Positions 12,400 through 24,301 of a stretch of DNA of 64,000 nucleotides are shown one piece after another (the stretch's first letter is position 1; every line of letters begins with the position of its first letter). The DNA is taken from NCBI GenBank assembly GCA_964016885.1, contig OZ024740.1, positions 349,060,001-349,124,000 of the forward strand. The letters are read 5' to 3'. This DNA is from Eledone cirrhosa (taxonomy: Eukaryota). The translations under genes were made by a program, and so were the position numbers. The notes beneath the pieces were generated by a model. That model had not been told where the DNA came from, did not search any database, and worked only from the letters and a program-made list of their open reading frames with translations.

Positions 12400-12640
12400 A
12401 ATGTGAACCAACATCTTGCATCTGAATCCACCCTCAAAGCTGAGGATAGCTACACTATGAAAAGGGTCGAAGACTTTAAGTACCGCGGGTCCTGGATCAT
12501 AAATTCTGGGAAGGTATTTTCCACCAGAAAAGCCCAAACAAAGTCAGCTTGCAGATGTTAGACCGCATTTGGCGTTGCAGTCTTCCTAACTCTTTGAAAG
12601 TCTAGCTTTTCCAAGTCCAAATCCAGCCAATCCTACTCTT
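12400..12640 (+). mobile_element. Decayed LINE fragment in the gene A intron
   Basis: Translates VEDFKYRGSWI...STRKAQ. Confidence 0.55.
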
Positions 12641-12940
12641 ATATCCAGATGTCATAATCAAGGATTTTAATGTTCACATTCAGGATTGGAGGCTAACTTG
12701 AGCGACAGACCCACGTCTGTCGTTGAGTTTATTTCGGCCGAGGTCGCAGGGTGATGAACTAGTACGATTCTGTAATTAATATAATTTGCATTCGCAATGA
12801 CCAAAGATAATAAAGGTAAACTTAGTGTGAATAGTTACTGACTATCTCAATTGCTTTGGCATATACGTACACACCCATGCACAATCTCCCAAACGCACAA
12901 GCACAAATACATACAAACATACATACTCATACACACACAC

Positions 12941-12971
<31 letters not shown>

Positions 12972-12980
12972 CATATATAA

Positions 12981-13057
<77 letters not shown>

Positions 13058-13171
13058 GTAGGAGGTGAGTTTTATTGTAGTACAATAAAGCAATGCAGAT
13101 ATCGGATAAGAAGCACTCTACAGTTTGTGGGACTGGAGTATGCATAATATAAGATAAAAAGATGGTTAAAG

Positions 13172-14540
13172 GAGTTCCATATATTTTATTATGCGCATTT
13201 CAAAAACAAACATCATCAAGCAATAATATTTGTGTTTTCATCAGATAAAACAGGAGAACATGATATGAAGGCTAAAAAACACTTGTGGATAGTGCAGTTT
13301 TAAATCAACATATGAAAAGTGGTTTTAGATTGATGTGTGATATTGGGAAAAATATTTTATTTATAGAGGGGCGGGGGAGGATGAAAAGGGAAGGAGATGA
13401 GAGGGAGAGATGGGTGATAGAGAGAAAGAGATAGTTTTTATAACTGAGAGGAGATATATTTTTTACATAGAGGGGTTGAAAACCGTTGGAAGATACTGTA
13501 TAAATTAAAAATTTTGAAAATTAACGAAGGGAGGATATGTGCGAGGAAAAAATATTTTATTTAGGGAGGGGGGGGGGGTGGAAAGGATGAAAAAAAGGGG
13601 GAGGAGATGAGAGTGAAGGTGGAGAGGGAGAGATGGGTGATAGAGAGAAAGAGATAGTTTTTATAACTGAGAAAAAGATATATTGTTTTAATATAGAGAG
13701 GTTGGGAACCGTTGGAAGATAATGTATAAATTAAAGGAATTTGAAAATTAACGAAGGGAAATTATGTATGAAGATAGAGAGAAAAAAATAATAATTGTGG
13801 GTGAATATTCTAACGTCAAAAGAAGAAATGTATGTATTGTGGCAATTTCAAAATTAGCGAAGAGAAAAATTGTTAAGGTTTGTGTGTAGAAGGATTTGAG
13901 AAAAATAATGTGAAGTTAAAGTTTGTATATTGAATTGATAATATATGCGAATAAAGAGTTAATATGTATTAATAATGAGTTCGTTGATGGGGAGAAAAAA
14001 ATAATAATAAATTAAGGATGAAATTGAGATTAAAAAGATTTATGATAGAGAGAAAAAATAATAGTGATTGCGGATGAATATTCAAAATGTCAAAAACAAA
14101 TGTTATTATTTTACGAGAAGATAGAATGAGGGTAATGAGTAAACTAGTATTATAGAGTGTATAATGCCCTTTAAAGTAAGGTAGATGGGTATATTTTAAA
14201 GAGGTGTATGTATATGTGCCTTTGAGAAAAGATTCGAAATTGATAAAGAATTGAATATTAACTGTATACTTTGTGAAAAGTTCTATGGAATTTATGCAGG
14301 CAGATAGAAAACAAATCTGAGCGTCTATTTATTATCGAATCTAGGTTAGAGATAATGGTAAATTTTTCATTTAGGCAGAGATTACAGATTTTAGATAGAG
14401 AGCTGTTCAAGTATGAGGATGCAGAAGAAATCTTCTTCCAAAAGATGGTATATTTAATGTTTTTGTCTTTTAAGGACCATATGAGTTCTGAGAGAGCAGT
14501 GTTAGTTCTTTTAAGTTTGTATTTGAAAGATGAATGATGA
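13172..14540. repeat. Inverted repeat, left arm (Penelope 3' end/pseudo-LTR)
   Basis: Reverse complement of 16335..17698 with only a few mismatches. Confidence 0.95.
13174..13259 (-). ncRNA. Type I hammerhead ribozyme in the Penelope pseudo-LTR (sense to IL-17 gene A pre-mRNA)
   Basis: ttttat-CTGATGA-aaac-acaaatattatt-gctt-gatgatgtttgt-tttt-GAAA-t-gcgc-a-TA-ataaaa. Confidence 0.82.
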
Positions 14541-16015
14541 TTATAGAGACGAGCTTTAAAAGAGGTGGAAGTGGAGCCAAAATAGGTGAAGGAATTGGTG
14601 CTAGTTATAATTTTACATTCATAAATTAAGTTTTTATCGAGGCAATGGTTGTTGAGAGGACATTTATTTTTAATGCGGCAGTTGCAATTAGAGAGATTAT
14701 TAATGAGTGATCTAGTGTTATCTATAGAAGGAATTGGATTGGAGAAGTTGTTTGCGATAGGAATAATAGTTTCTTGATTTAGAGTTGGATTATGAACATT
14801 TAGCGAAGTTGTGTTTGACGTTGTATTTGGGTTTACAGAAGTTAGCCTAGGGTTTACAATGACGTCGGGAGTACTATTACTGTTATTATGAAATTCAATA
14901 TTGGAAGGAAGAGATTTAGTATTTAATATTTTGTTGTTGTGTTTAGAGATGATGTTGGAAATATTGGAGGATGTAGAATACGAAAATTTGATGGTGTGTT
15001 TGTTAAATATTTTACTATAGATATGTGAGGGAGGGAAGCATTTATTTAAGGCACTAAAAAATAATTTAGGAATATTGTTATTAATAGAGATGGAGAAAGG
15101 AGCATTATACCAGATTATGTTTTTGTATCTAGGTCTTTTATTAAAATTATTGGAATGGTCATGATTAATTATTCTACTGTAAGTTTTCCTAGAATTTGTT
15201 TCTTTATTATATTTGATTTTATCTGGATAGCCGGCTTTAGAAAGTGCGTTATTATAGTAATTGGCGTTAGCATCGAAGATGTTTTTATTAGAAGATATGT
15301 TAGATATTCTATTTCCAATATTATTAACTATAGCATTCTTGATATTGGTAGGATGGTTAGATTTAAAGTTAACATAATTAAGGTTCTCATTGTTTTTATG
15401 GTAAGGGTAATATAGGCCAGTGTCAAGATTAAGAGATACATCCAAGAAATTAGCTAGTTTGATACTATTATCAAATTCAATTTTTAGGTTATGTTGGTTA
15501 AAGAGATTACGTATATTGTTCTTAATAATATTAAGTTTAACTATATTGCAATTTAGGATAGTAAAGAGTCCATCGTCACGATAAATTTCACCGCGAAGTT
15601 GAGGAATTTTCCGACTCAAAGAGTTCAAAATGAAGATACCAATTAAATCAGTCAATTGGGATGAATCGGATGCTCCCATTGTGATGTCGAAGTTGTTAGA
15701 GGTATCGGCTCTGGTCCAATATTCGTTGTTGAACTCTAGGATGGTTTTACGTGCGGTGAGGATGATGTGAAGTTCATCTGTGGTGATGTCAGAATATTTA
15801 AGTGCGAAAGATAGAGCATTATTGAGAAGTGAAGGCGAAATGGAGGAATAGTAGCTGGCAATATCAAATTGAATAAATTTTAGTTTGTTTTTATTATCCA
15901 ATTTGTTGAACCAGCCAATCACTTCAGAAGTACCAAACCATAAATTTAGGTTTAAAGAAGAGCAATTAGAACTAACCTGTGGGATAAATCCTATCCAAGA
16001 TGGCTTTACTAACAA
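14258..16015 (-). CDS. Penelope-like reverse transcriptase + GIY-YIG endonuclease (main reading frame)
   Basis: FDIASYY, ITMGA and YRDDG RT motifs. CNC..CPL..C, IY..YFGST..FKAR..NH and CNLC in the endonuclease region. Confidence 0.92.
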   Translation of the reverse strand: MLVKPSWIGFIPQVSSNCSSLNLNLWFGTSEVIGWFNKLDNKNKLKFIQFDIASYYSSISPSLLNNALSFALKYSDITTDELHIILTARKTILEFNNEYWTRADTSNNFDITMGASDSSQLTDLIGIFILNSLSRKIPQLRGEIYRDDGLFTILNCNIVKLNIIKNNIRNLFNQHNLKIEFDNSIKLANFLDVSLNLDTGLYYPYHKNNENLNYVNFKSNHPTNIKNAIVNNIGNRISNISSNKNIFDANANYYNNALSKAGYPDKIKYNKETNSRKTYSRIINHDHSNNFNKRPRYKNIIWYNAPFSISINNNIPKLFFSALNKCFPPSHIYSKIFNKHTIKFSYSTSSNISNIISKHNNKILNTKSLPSNIEFHNNSNSTPDVIVNPRLTSVNPNTTSNTTSLNVHNPTLNQETIIPIANNFSNPIPSIDNTRSLINNLSNCNCRIKNKCPLNNHCLDKNLIYECKIITSTNSFTYFGSTSTSFKARLYNHHSSFKYKLKRTNTALSELIWSLKDKNIKYTIFWKKISSASSYLNSSLSKICNLCLNEKFTIISNLDSIINRRSDLFSICLHKFHRTFHKVYS

Positions 16016-16334
16016 CCCCCAGATCAGATTTAGAGGGGGCGATTAATCTAACAGGTAGTTCAGTGCGAAAATTGTTTTTGTGATCCTTGAGATTTATCCT
16101 CGGAGTTCTTGGGAGGAATGGTTCGGTCTTTTTTTTTAATGCCAAGTTTTGACATAATCTCATAGGCTTCAAGGTTTATGCATTCTAAATTTTCATGGTT
16201 GGTTTTACGATACTTTTTCCTAAGTTCCTTTAGGATAAGGTTGTTATAATTATCCTTGGAAATACCATATAGGTTATTGGTTTTGTCAGAGTGGACTAAA
16301 ACATTTTTTGAGGAATTTAGGTTAGATATTGTTT
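15972..16334 (-). pseudogene. Frameshifted N-terminal part of the Penelope ORF
   Basis: VHSDKTNNLY and INLKDHK..PVRLIAP..SDLG..SKAILD lie in two further frames. Confidence 0.8.
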
Positions 16335-17698
16335 TCATCATTCATCTTTCAAATACAAACTTAAAAGAACTAACACTGCTCTCTCAGAACTCATATGGTC
16401 CTTAAAAGACAAAAACATCAAATATACCATCTTTTGGAAGAAGATTTCTTCTGCATCCTCATACTTGAACAGCTCTCTATCTAAAATCTGTAATCTCTGC
16501 CTAAATGAAAAATTTACCATTATCTCTAACCTAGATTCGATAATAAATAGACGCTCAGATTTGTTTTCTATCTGCCTGCATAAATTCCATAGAACTTTTC
16601 ACAAAGTATACAGTTAATATTCAATTCTTTATCAATTTAGAATCTTTTCTCAAAGGCACATATACATACACCTCTTTAAAATATACCCATCTACCTTACT
16701 TTAAAGGGCATTATACACTCTATAATACTAGTTTACTCATTACCCTCATTCTATCTTCTCGTAAAATAATAACATTTGTTTTTGACATTTTGAATATTCA
16801 TCCGCAATCACTATTATTTTTTTCTCTCTATCATAAATCTTTTTAATCTCAATTTCATCCTTAATTTATTATTATTTTTTTCTCCCCATCAACGAACTCA
16901 TTATTAATACATATTAACTCTTTATTCGCATATATTATCAATTCAATATACAAACTTTAACTTCACATTATTTTTCTCAAATCCTTCTACACACAAACCT
17001 TAACAATTTTTCTCTTCGCTAATTTTGAAATTGCCACAATACATACATTTCTTCTTTTGACGTTAGAATATTCACCCACAATTATTATTTTTTTCTCTCT
17101 ATCTTCATACATAATTTCCCTTCGTTAATTTTCAAATTCCTTTAATTTATACATTATCTTCCAACGGTTCCCAACCTCTCTATATTAAAACAATATATCT
17201 TTTTCTCAGTTATAAAAACTATCTCTTTCTCTCTATCACCCATCTCTCCCTCTCCACCTTCACTCTCATCTCCTCCCCCTTTTTTTCATCCTCCCCCCCC
17301 CCTCCCTAAATAAAATATTTTTTCCTCGCACATATCCTCCCTTCGTTAATTTTCAAAATTTTTAATTTATACAGTATCTTCCAACGGTTTTCAACCCCTC
17401 TATGTAAAAAATATATCTCCTCTCAGTTATAAAAACTATCTCTTTCTCTCTATCACCCATCTCTCCCTCTCATCTCCTTCCCTTTTCATCCTTCCCCCCC
17501 CCTCTCTAAATAAAATATTTTTCCCAATATCACACATCAATCTAAAACCACTTTTCATATGTTGATTTAAAACTGCACTATCCACAAGTGTTTTTTAGCC
17601 TTCATATCATGTTCTCCTGTTTTATCTGATGAAAACACAAATATTATTGCTTGATGATGTTTGTTTTTGAAATGCGCATAATAAAATATATGGAACTC
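16335..17698. repeat. Inverted repeat, right arm (inverted pseudo-LTR)
   Basis: Reverse complement of 13172..14540. The same 60-aa ORF is called in both arms. Confidence 0.95.
17611..17696 (+). ncRNA. Type I hammerhead ribozyme in the inverted pseudo-LTR
   Basis: CTGATGA at 17626-17632, GAAA at 17669-17672, predicted cleavage after 17680. Confidence 0.82.
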
Positions 17699-17707
17699 TT
17701 TTGATCT

Positions 17708-17781
<74 letters not shown>

Positions 17782-17839
17782 ATGTAAACATGACAACATA
17801 CAGAAATATATAAGATATCGTTAATTTAAGTTTACTTAC

Positions 17840-17851
17840 TGTAGTTATCAT
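17840..17851 (-). CDS. IL17: IL-17-like gene A, coding exon 1 (MITT)
   Basis: ATG ATA ACT ACA|gtaagt, phase 0, in frame with the acceptor at 12300. Confidence 0.8.
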
Positions 17852-17975
17852 TATACTGCTTGTGTTCACTTGGAATTGGATAAAGAATACAACTGTATGA
17901 AATTATACAAATAACACTTGTGTCTTACTTTCTCATGCGATGTACCTTCTTAATGATACCTTCAGACATAAGTTG

Positions 17976-18020
17976 TTTTTTTATATACAGTGTTTGAGAC
18001 CGGAAAATATGACGTTACAC
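17976..18020 (-). promoter_or_regulatory. Putative core promoter of gene A (TATATAAAA, CCGGAA, TGACG)
   Basis: Positionally conserved among paralogs. Confidence 0.55.
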
Positions 18021-18840
18021 ATCTATATATATAAATCTGTGGTTGTCTGTCTGTCTATCGATTTTTGGCACACATCTCCTCTTAGAATCTCTCACGAAAT
18101 TGCACCAAAATTGCTATACTTGTACATTGAGCCCTAGCGAAGACATCGGAAAAAAAATATTTCAAATTGACCCACCCTATGTGACGAAATCGAATATAAT
18201 GTATCGATTTTTGAGCGTAAGTTATCAGTTATTTCCCTTTGTTCTGTTTACATTGAGCGTCTTACGTAAAAAATTACGCTGGCTTTCTCAGCGTTTAAAA
18301 TGACATTAACACAATACACGAACAGACAGTTGTCGAGCCAGCAAAAATTGACCTGCAAAATTCATCAGTTCGAACACTAAGCTTCCGTTTTGCTTCATTT
18401 CCATTTAAAAGCATTTTAAAACAATATTTTTACTTGAAAACAAGTCTATTTAAAGACTACGTAAAACAAGCAAATATTTCAGGCGTGCAGACAGACAGTC
18501 GTGCAGAGAGGTGATATAGGCGTGCAGACAGACATAACTGATAATTTGGTTACGCTAATGTTTTTCTCTGCGTTGCAGTGTTTACATTTTCGATCTTTGT
18601 TAATAAATAACCAGTGCAGTTTTTATCCCCAGCATCCTCTTTTGTTATAACATTCGGGTTATCGTTATGTTTTCTTAACTTCATAAGGCATATTGTTGGT
18701 TGAGGGAATATTAATCAAAAACACCACATGCAAGTCTGCACAGTAGACACTACAGTTTTTAAGCCAAAAAAGAAACTTAACATTGTAACTTTAACACAGC
18801 TACTGAGCGACCCCGAGCAACGCCGGGCTTTACTGCTAGT
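18021..18840 (-). mobile_element. HINE/Helitron-like element, copy-1 specific
   Basis: Same family as 47406..48903. Absent at ~56470, with no target-site duplication. Confidence 0.8.
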
Positions 18841-20269
18841 AGGTAAATAAAAGTATTTGAATAAATTAAATACGGACGGAAATACGGACGGAACTAGCAA
18901 GTATCTGAAGTGGTAATAAATACGTGTGTGTAATGTTACACTTACTTTTGGCTTTTCCAGCTTTTGTCATAATACGTTTCCCGGATTATTTAATATGACC
19001 TATATAACTACTGCCCACTCATTCGATAAAATAATAAGGAAAAGAATAATCACTTACCTGTTGTAGTATTTCTATTTTTAGTATTTTATATATTTAAAAA
19101 ATAAATAATCGATAAAGTCGCTATATTTTTCAGTTAATTAAAGCAAAGTAAAAACTGCATTTCTCAGAATAGGCTTTCATCTTGAAAGACTCAAATATCT
19201 TCATCTCGGAGTAGCTGTTGACAAATAACGTGAAATGATAATTTTCTAAGCTTATAATATTTTACATATGTAAGAAAATAATGTTTCTTTTGTAAAAGTA
19301 AACTCTAAAAAACGATATAATGTTAACGTACAAAATAATACTTTATTATGTAAAATTGTCAATTATACATAAACAGTTCGCTCATTAATGCAATATAATA
19401 CAAAAGAATGTCTGAAAAGAAGCCTATTTCTGATTTTACAGTCGGTGAGTGGTACCCAAGTATGAGTACAATGGTACAAATTATAGCAACAATGGTACAA
19501 ATTATTTAATAGTAACCATAAAATATGGTATATTTGAAGATATTTAATAATTAGAGTAACATTATTAGTGTTCCAATCATATAACATAAAAATTTCAAAC
19601 GAAACTAGCATGATTATTTTTGCTGTAGTGTGAATTTGTTGCGAATAACTCGAAACAGTTGTGTTTGTGGGCGTTTGTTAATATTGCACGTGTGAGTTTA
19701 TTTTAATTGTTCTGTTTCATATATTAAAGTGTCTGCTTTTATTTCTAGACTTTCATTCACTATTTTTCTGTTTCTGGCGTATGTGTGTATATGTGTGCTT
19801 GTATATGCGTGTGAGCGTGTGCGTGTGTGTGTTTGTTTGTGTGCTTGTGTTGTATATGAGAGTGCATTATCATCTCATATTCGTTAACATATTTCTGAAT
19901 CTAATGATATAATATGTGCGCGTGCCATTTGCTGTGCTCTGAATCATTAAGTGATAAAATATATACATGTATTCTTTTATAGTTGAATTAATTTACTAGT
20001 CTAAGATTTTGCTCAGTAGCCACGCTGGGGTAGGTCGTTCACGAAGATTTATCAATCCCAGTATTTATTAAAACAGTCATTACAACATTTCAACAAGAGA
20101 TAGTAATTAGGAGAAAGAGTCAAACAAGGAATGAGAAATGAAAGCATGACAACAAAATATATGAACACCCGAAATAGCTACGTATGAACTAGCAGATGCA
20201 TAAAGGATTAAATAATTATACCACAACATTGGAAGAACTCATTATAAGATCAGAAGTCTACTAAAGGCA

Positions 20270-21360
20270 TTGGTGTCTCATTTAAATCTGGTTGCCGTTC
20301 CTACCAATCAGCCATTTCCATGTTAGGCAATCAGTCCCAATATGTGCATTTAAATCTCCCTGTAGTATATAAGACTATATTACTGCTAACACTGCAGTGA
20401 CTTCATCAAAGAAGGATCTGATCGTGTTCTATATTTAGTGCATCAACTTGCATATCATCTATCCCGATAGAATTCATTCTATAACATATTCTGACAGCAG
20501 GGGAATTTTGAGGAATCCCCGTTTCTGTCACCACACATGAATACTGGAGTTTTCCTCCTCCATGCAAAATCTACCGACTTTAGGGTTTATATTGGCAAAA
20601 AACATTTTCTGGCTTTGTAATAATACGTCCCAGTCCTTATCTGCTATCGCTAACTCATCAGGAGTCTCTTCTCACTGCGGCGTGCATCCTCAAAAGGTGT
20701 AAAAAATCCAGTCACAACAATATATTCTGATGTACATAAGGTGCATGTAGGGTCGAAGACGTACATCTTGGTGGCTGCAATCAAGAGCAATTAAAGCGCT
20801 CAAAAGAGGCTCTGCTTTTTAGGAAGATGAATTTCGGCCCGCGATGTTAAATTCCTTAAATTGAGAAAGTATATTCTGCTCGTGCCAATACGTGTGTTGC
20901 AGCAGGCCTGGATTTCTTGAAAGGCACCAAGCGTTGTCAATAGGGGGAGAGAATCCCAATTTTTTAAAAGGCAAAACAAGAAGGCTTACTCTTTTACAAA
21001 AGAATGTTCTTGTTAAGCCTCGCCGGTAAAGTCTAAATTAAGTGTCTGGCAAAGCAATTTATGGGTATCTTTTAGCCTAATCTAGCTGAGAAACAGTGAT
21101 CTTTGCCCCATATGTAACTAAGACGACCAAATATTCCCACTGTGGCAGGTATTCATGGTCTTATGTATGTTTGTTTCGTGAACATAAAAAAAGAATACGA
21201 CCAAGCTCTAATATTTTGCAGGAATGTGAGATCGACGGACGGTTTCTTGTTGCTTTGAAGATCCTATTCGAATCACAAGTATTTGTGTCCAAATAAAATT
21301 CGAAACCATTTAATGATGGTGTCTGAAACTGGATGTTGGAATTGTTTCAGAAAATGTTTA
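20270..21360 (-). mobile_element. Decayed LINE fragment (probable)
   Basis: More balanced composition and degenerate retroelement-like translation; weak evidence. Confidence 0.35.
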
Positions 21361-22000
21361 CATATCTCATAAATTACAGAGAAAGGCTAAAGGATTTATA
21401 AACCCATTAAATATTTAGCCTCAGTAATTTGCTAGCTTGGAAAAAGGTTATAACAAGAATTTGGACTGTTCATAATTTTGCACTGGTTTATTCTGAGGGG
21501 TATAAAAAATAAGTGCGAAGAATAAAATAAGCAGGAATGGATACAAATAACTTAAGAACTGAATTTTCCAGAAATAGTGTTAAAGAAATATTAATGCCTT
21601 ATATAATAAGTTATCTTATTATACCTTTAATAATAAGTTATCTACATTGCTTGATAATATCCGATACAAACCTAGGGAAATACCTTTGTATCATTCAGAT
21701 TAAATTTAAGTTGTTTTAAACTTAGCCTCATTGTTAGATTAAGTGTTTAAGCATTCTAACAATGTACAATTTCTATCATCATATATTTGAGTTATGAGAA
21801 ACACTTACCTTAAGTAGAAACTCGTTATATCCACATTGATAAGAGACAAGTACTATCAACATAAACAACATCGTATGAAAGTATGGGTTCAGTCAGTTAG
21901 CTATGCAGAAGTAATGACTGACATTAAATATGAGACGCAAACATACACACACACATAATACACACACACACTCACAAACACACACATACATAGACACCCA

Positions 22001-22062
<62 letters not shown>

Positions 22063-22082
22063 CTGAATTTTTCGAATATTAA

Positions 22083-22268
22083 TAATTGTTTCTACTTTAG
22101 GCACAAGGCCAGCAATTATCCACTGCATTACTGGTACTTTATTTTATCGACCCCGTAAGGATGAAAGGCAAAGTCAACCTCGGCGGGATTTGAACTCAGA
22201 TCGTAAAGGGACGTAACTATGATGGAAAGCATGGCGTCCGAACCTCTACCGATACTGCCTATCCACCG
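22083..22268 (-). mobile_element. tRNA-derived SINE, full length
   Basis: Family match, with TSD cgaatattaataat. Confidence 0.92.
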
Positions 22269-22367
22269 AATATTAATAATAATACTCGATTCGTTTGCAA
22301 TTATGCAAACAGCCCTCAATTTGTATAGCCATGTCAGTAGAATGAACCCTTCATTCTTGCTCTTGTG

Positions 22368-22447
22368 TTGGCATGTGAACAGAAATGCAGACACTAATGT
22401 TTCTAGGTACCATCCTTCATCAGTACAGCTCACAGTTCACTTGCCAA
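22368..22447 (-). ncRNA. Type I hammerhead ribozyme-like motif, tandem copy 1
   Basis: gagctgta-CTGATGA-aggatggtaccta-GAAA-ca-ttag-tg-TC-tgcatttc, with an extended stem ttggca/tgccaa. Confidence 0.6.
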
Positions 22448-23011
22448 ACTGTCAGAGCTAGTGAAAATATATGCTATTTTCAAAAAATACACAGTGACTG
22501 ATCGGCCTGATTTGCATATTAGTAGACTGGCTGATCAGTCAGATCTGCATATTAGCAGATTCACTGATCAGCCAGATTTTCATATCAGCAGACTGGCCAG
22601 TTAGTTTCCTGTATACGAGCGATAAATGGCAAGCTTTGCCAAATTCAAATAGAAAAGAAAATGTTCGCTCTACATGGCTGAATACAATGAATGTAATCTG
22701 AGTTTTTCGAAAATTAATAATAACATTCGATTCGTTTGCAATTATGTAAACAACCCTCAATTGTATAGCCATGTCAGTAGAATGAACCCTTCATTCTTGC
22801 TCTTGTTTTGGCATGTGAACAGAACTGCAGACACTAATGTTTCTGGGTATCACCCTTCATCAGTACAGCTCACTGTTCACCTGCTAAATCTGGCTGATCA
22901 GTTGATCTGCTAATATGCAGATCTGACTGATCAGCCAGTTTGCTAATATGCAAATCAGGCCGATCAGTGTATTTTTGAAAATAGCATATATTTTCACTAG
23001 CTCTGCCAGTT
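22447..23011. repeat. ~130 bp inverted repeats (22447..22580 / 22886..23011) enclosing the second hammerhead unit
   Basis: Reverse-complement match seen directly. Confidence 0.85.
22815..22880 (-). ncRNA. Type I hammerhead ribozyme, tandem copy 2
   Basis: gtgaacag-t-gagctgta-CTGATGA-a-gggt-gat-accc-a-GAAA-ca-ttag-tg-TC-tgcagtt-ctgttcac; GUC cleavage site. Confidence 0.72.
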
Positions 23012-24301
23012 TACTCAATGGCAGGTTACTCAAGTATAAAGTTGAATAGAATTGTGTTGAATGATATCTGTTGGATAAATATCATTTGGAAAAGTAACAG
23101 TATTAGATATGAACCAGTACTTAATGATGTCGTTATATCAACACTATCTAATTTTCCATGAAGAAAGAGTAGTTGTTTTTAAATCAACTTCGTTTTTTAT
23201 AAGTATGAAGATACATCATTGAATATATATATTAAAAGTAGGATAAAAAAAACACAGGCAATATATATTCCTAAGTAAACTCAGAAATGTAGATAAGATG
23301 GAAGAGATGTTAAATAAAATATAAGTTGAAGAATGGAACACAAAAGATATGAGTAGCAATGATTTTTAGAATATTATATTTATTAAAATACAAATAATTA
23401 TTTTTCAAATATTAATATTTATAACAAATGAAAGTATATCTATTGTCGTTCAAGTAGTTAAAAAACATTGTATAGCATATAATCAAAAATAATTTAATGT
23501 GTTACTCGAGAGTATCAAAGACTAATATAAAGATGTACAGCCATGATTGTTTCTACTTTTATGTTATATAAATATGAGTGAATGTCAATTTACTAAGTTT
23601 TATGTCGGATACAATATAATGACATATTCTAGGATGCGAAACGGAATATAATTGCTACTTATCTTATCAAACTAGAGCGAAAGATCAGTAACGTAATACA
23701 CAACGTTATTTAAACTCAGCATTTGACGGCTCGTTATTAAGTAACACGACATATTTTGTTTCTTGATCTACCAAATCTGGAAAACTCAACACAAGTTGTG
23801 TAATATACGCAATTTAACCGTACTGCATTTATCAGTTAAATCGTGGAAAGGATTTTCAATGACACAATGGAAAATCATTAAAAAGATATACGGGTATAAA
23901 TATATAATCCATATTCCAGTAACTTATCTCAAGTAAACAGAGGAATGTGGGAGAATTAATATGTGAATATGATTGTATCTATGTACATCTATGTGTACTT
24001 TGCGCAATTGCGTATAAGATATTATTTGTCCAGATGCTCCCATCCATGCCAGCATGATGGTGATGTTGAGAATGATGATTATGGAGAAACTAAATACATT
24101 AATGCCTTTTAGATCGCAATATTGGTGTCTATGTTAGAACATTAAATATGTTTGTTGAATTTCATTAAATACTGAAATATTTAGAAAATCCATATATATG
24201 GTATATTTACATATGCTGTAAGATGTTAAAATACATAAAACTATTATGAGAAATATGTTTGTCCACAAAGTTCAATACTATGAATTGATTTTCTGTTACA
24301 C

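Larger units (their letters stand above)
13056..17714 (-). mobile_element. Penelope-like retroelement, 5'-truncated with an inverted 3' copy, inserted in (TA)n in the gene A intron
   Basis: RT + GIY-YIG ORF flanked by 1.36 kb inverted repeats. The empty (TA)n site is at 56026..56233. Confidence 0.93.
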
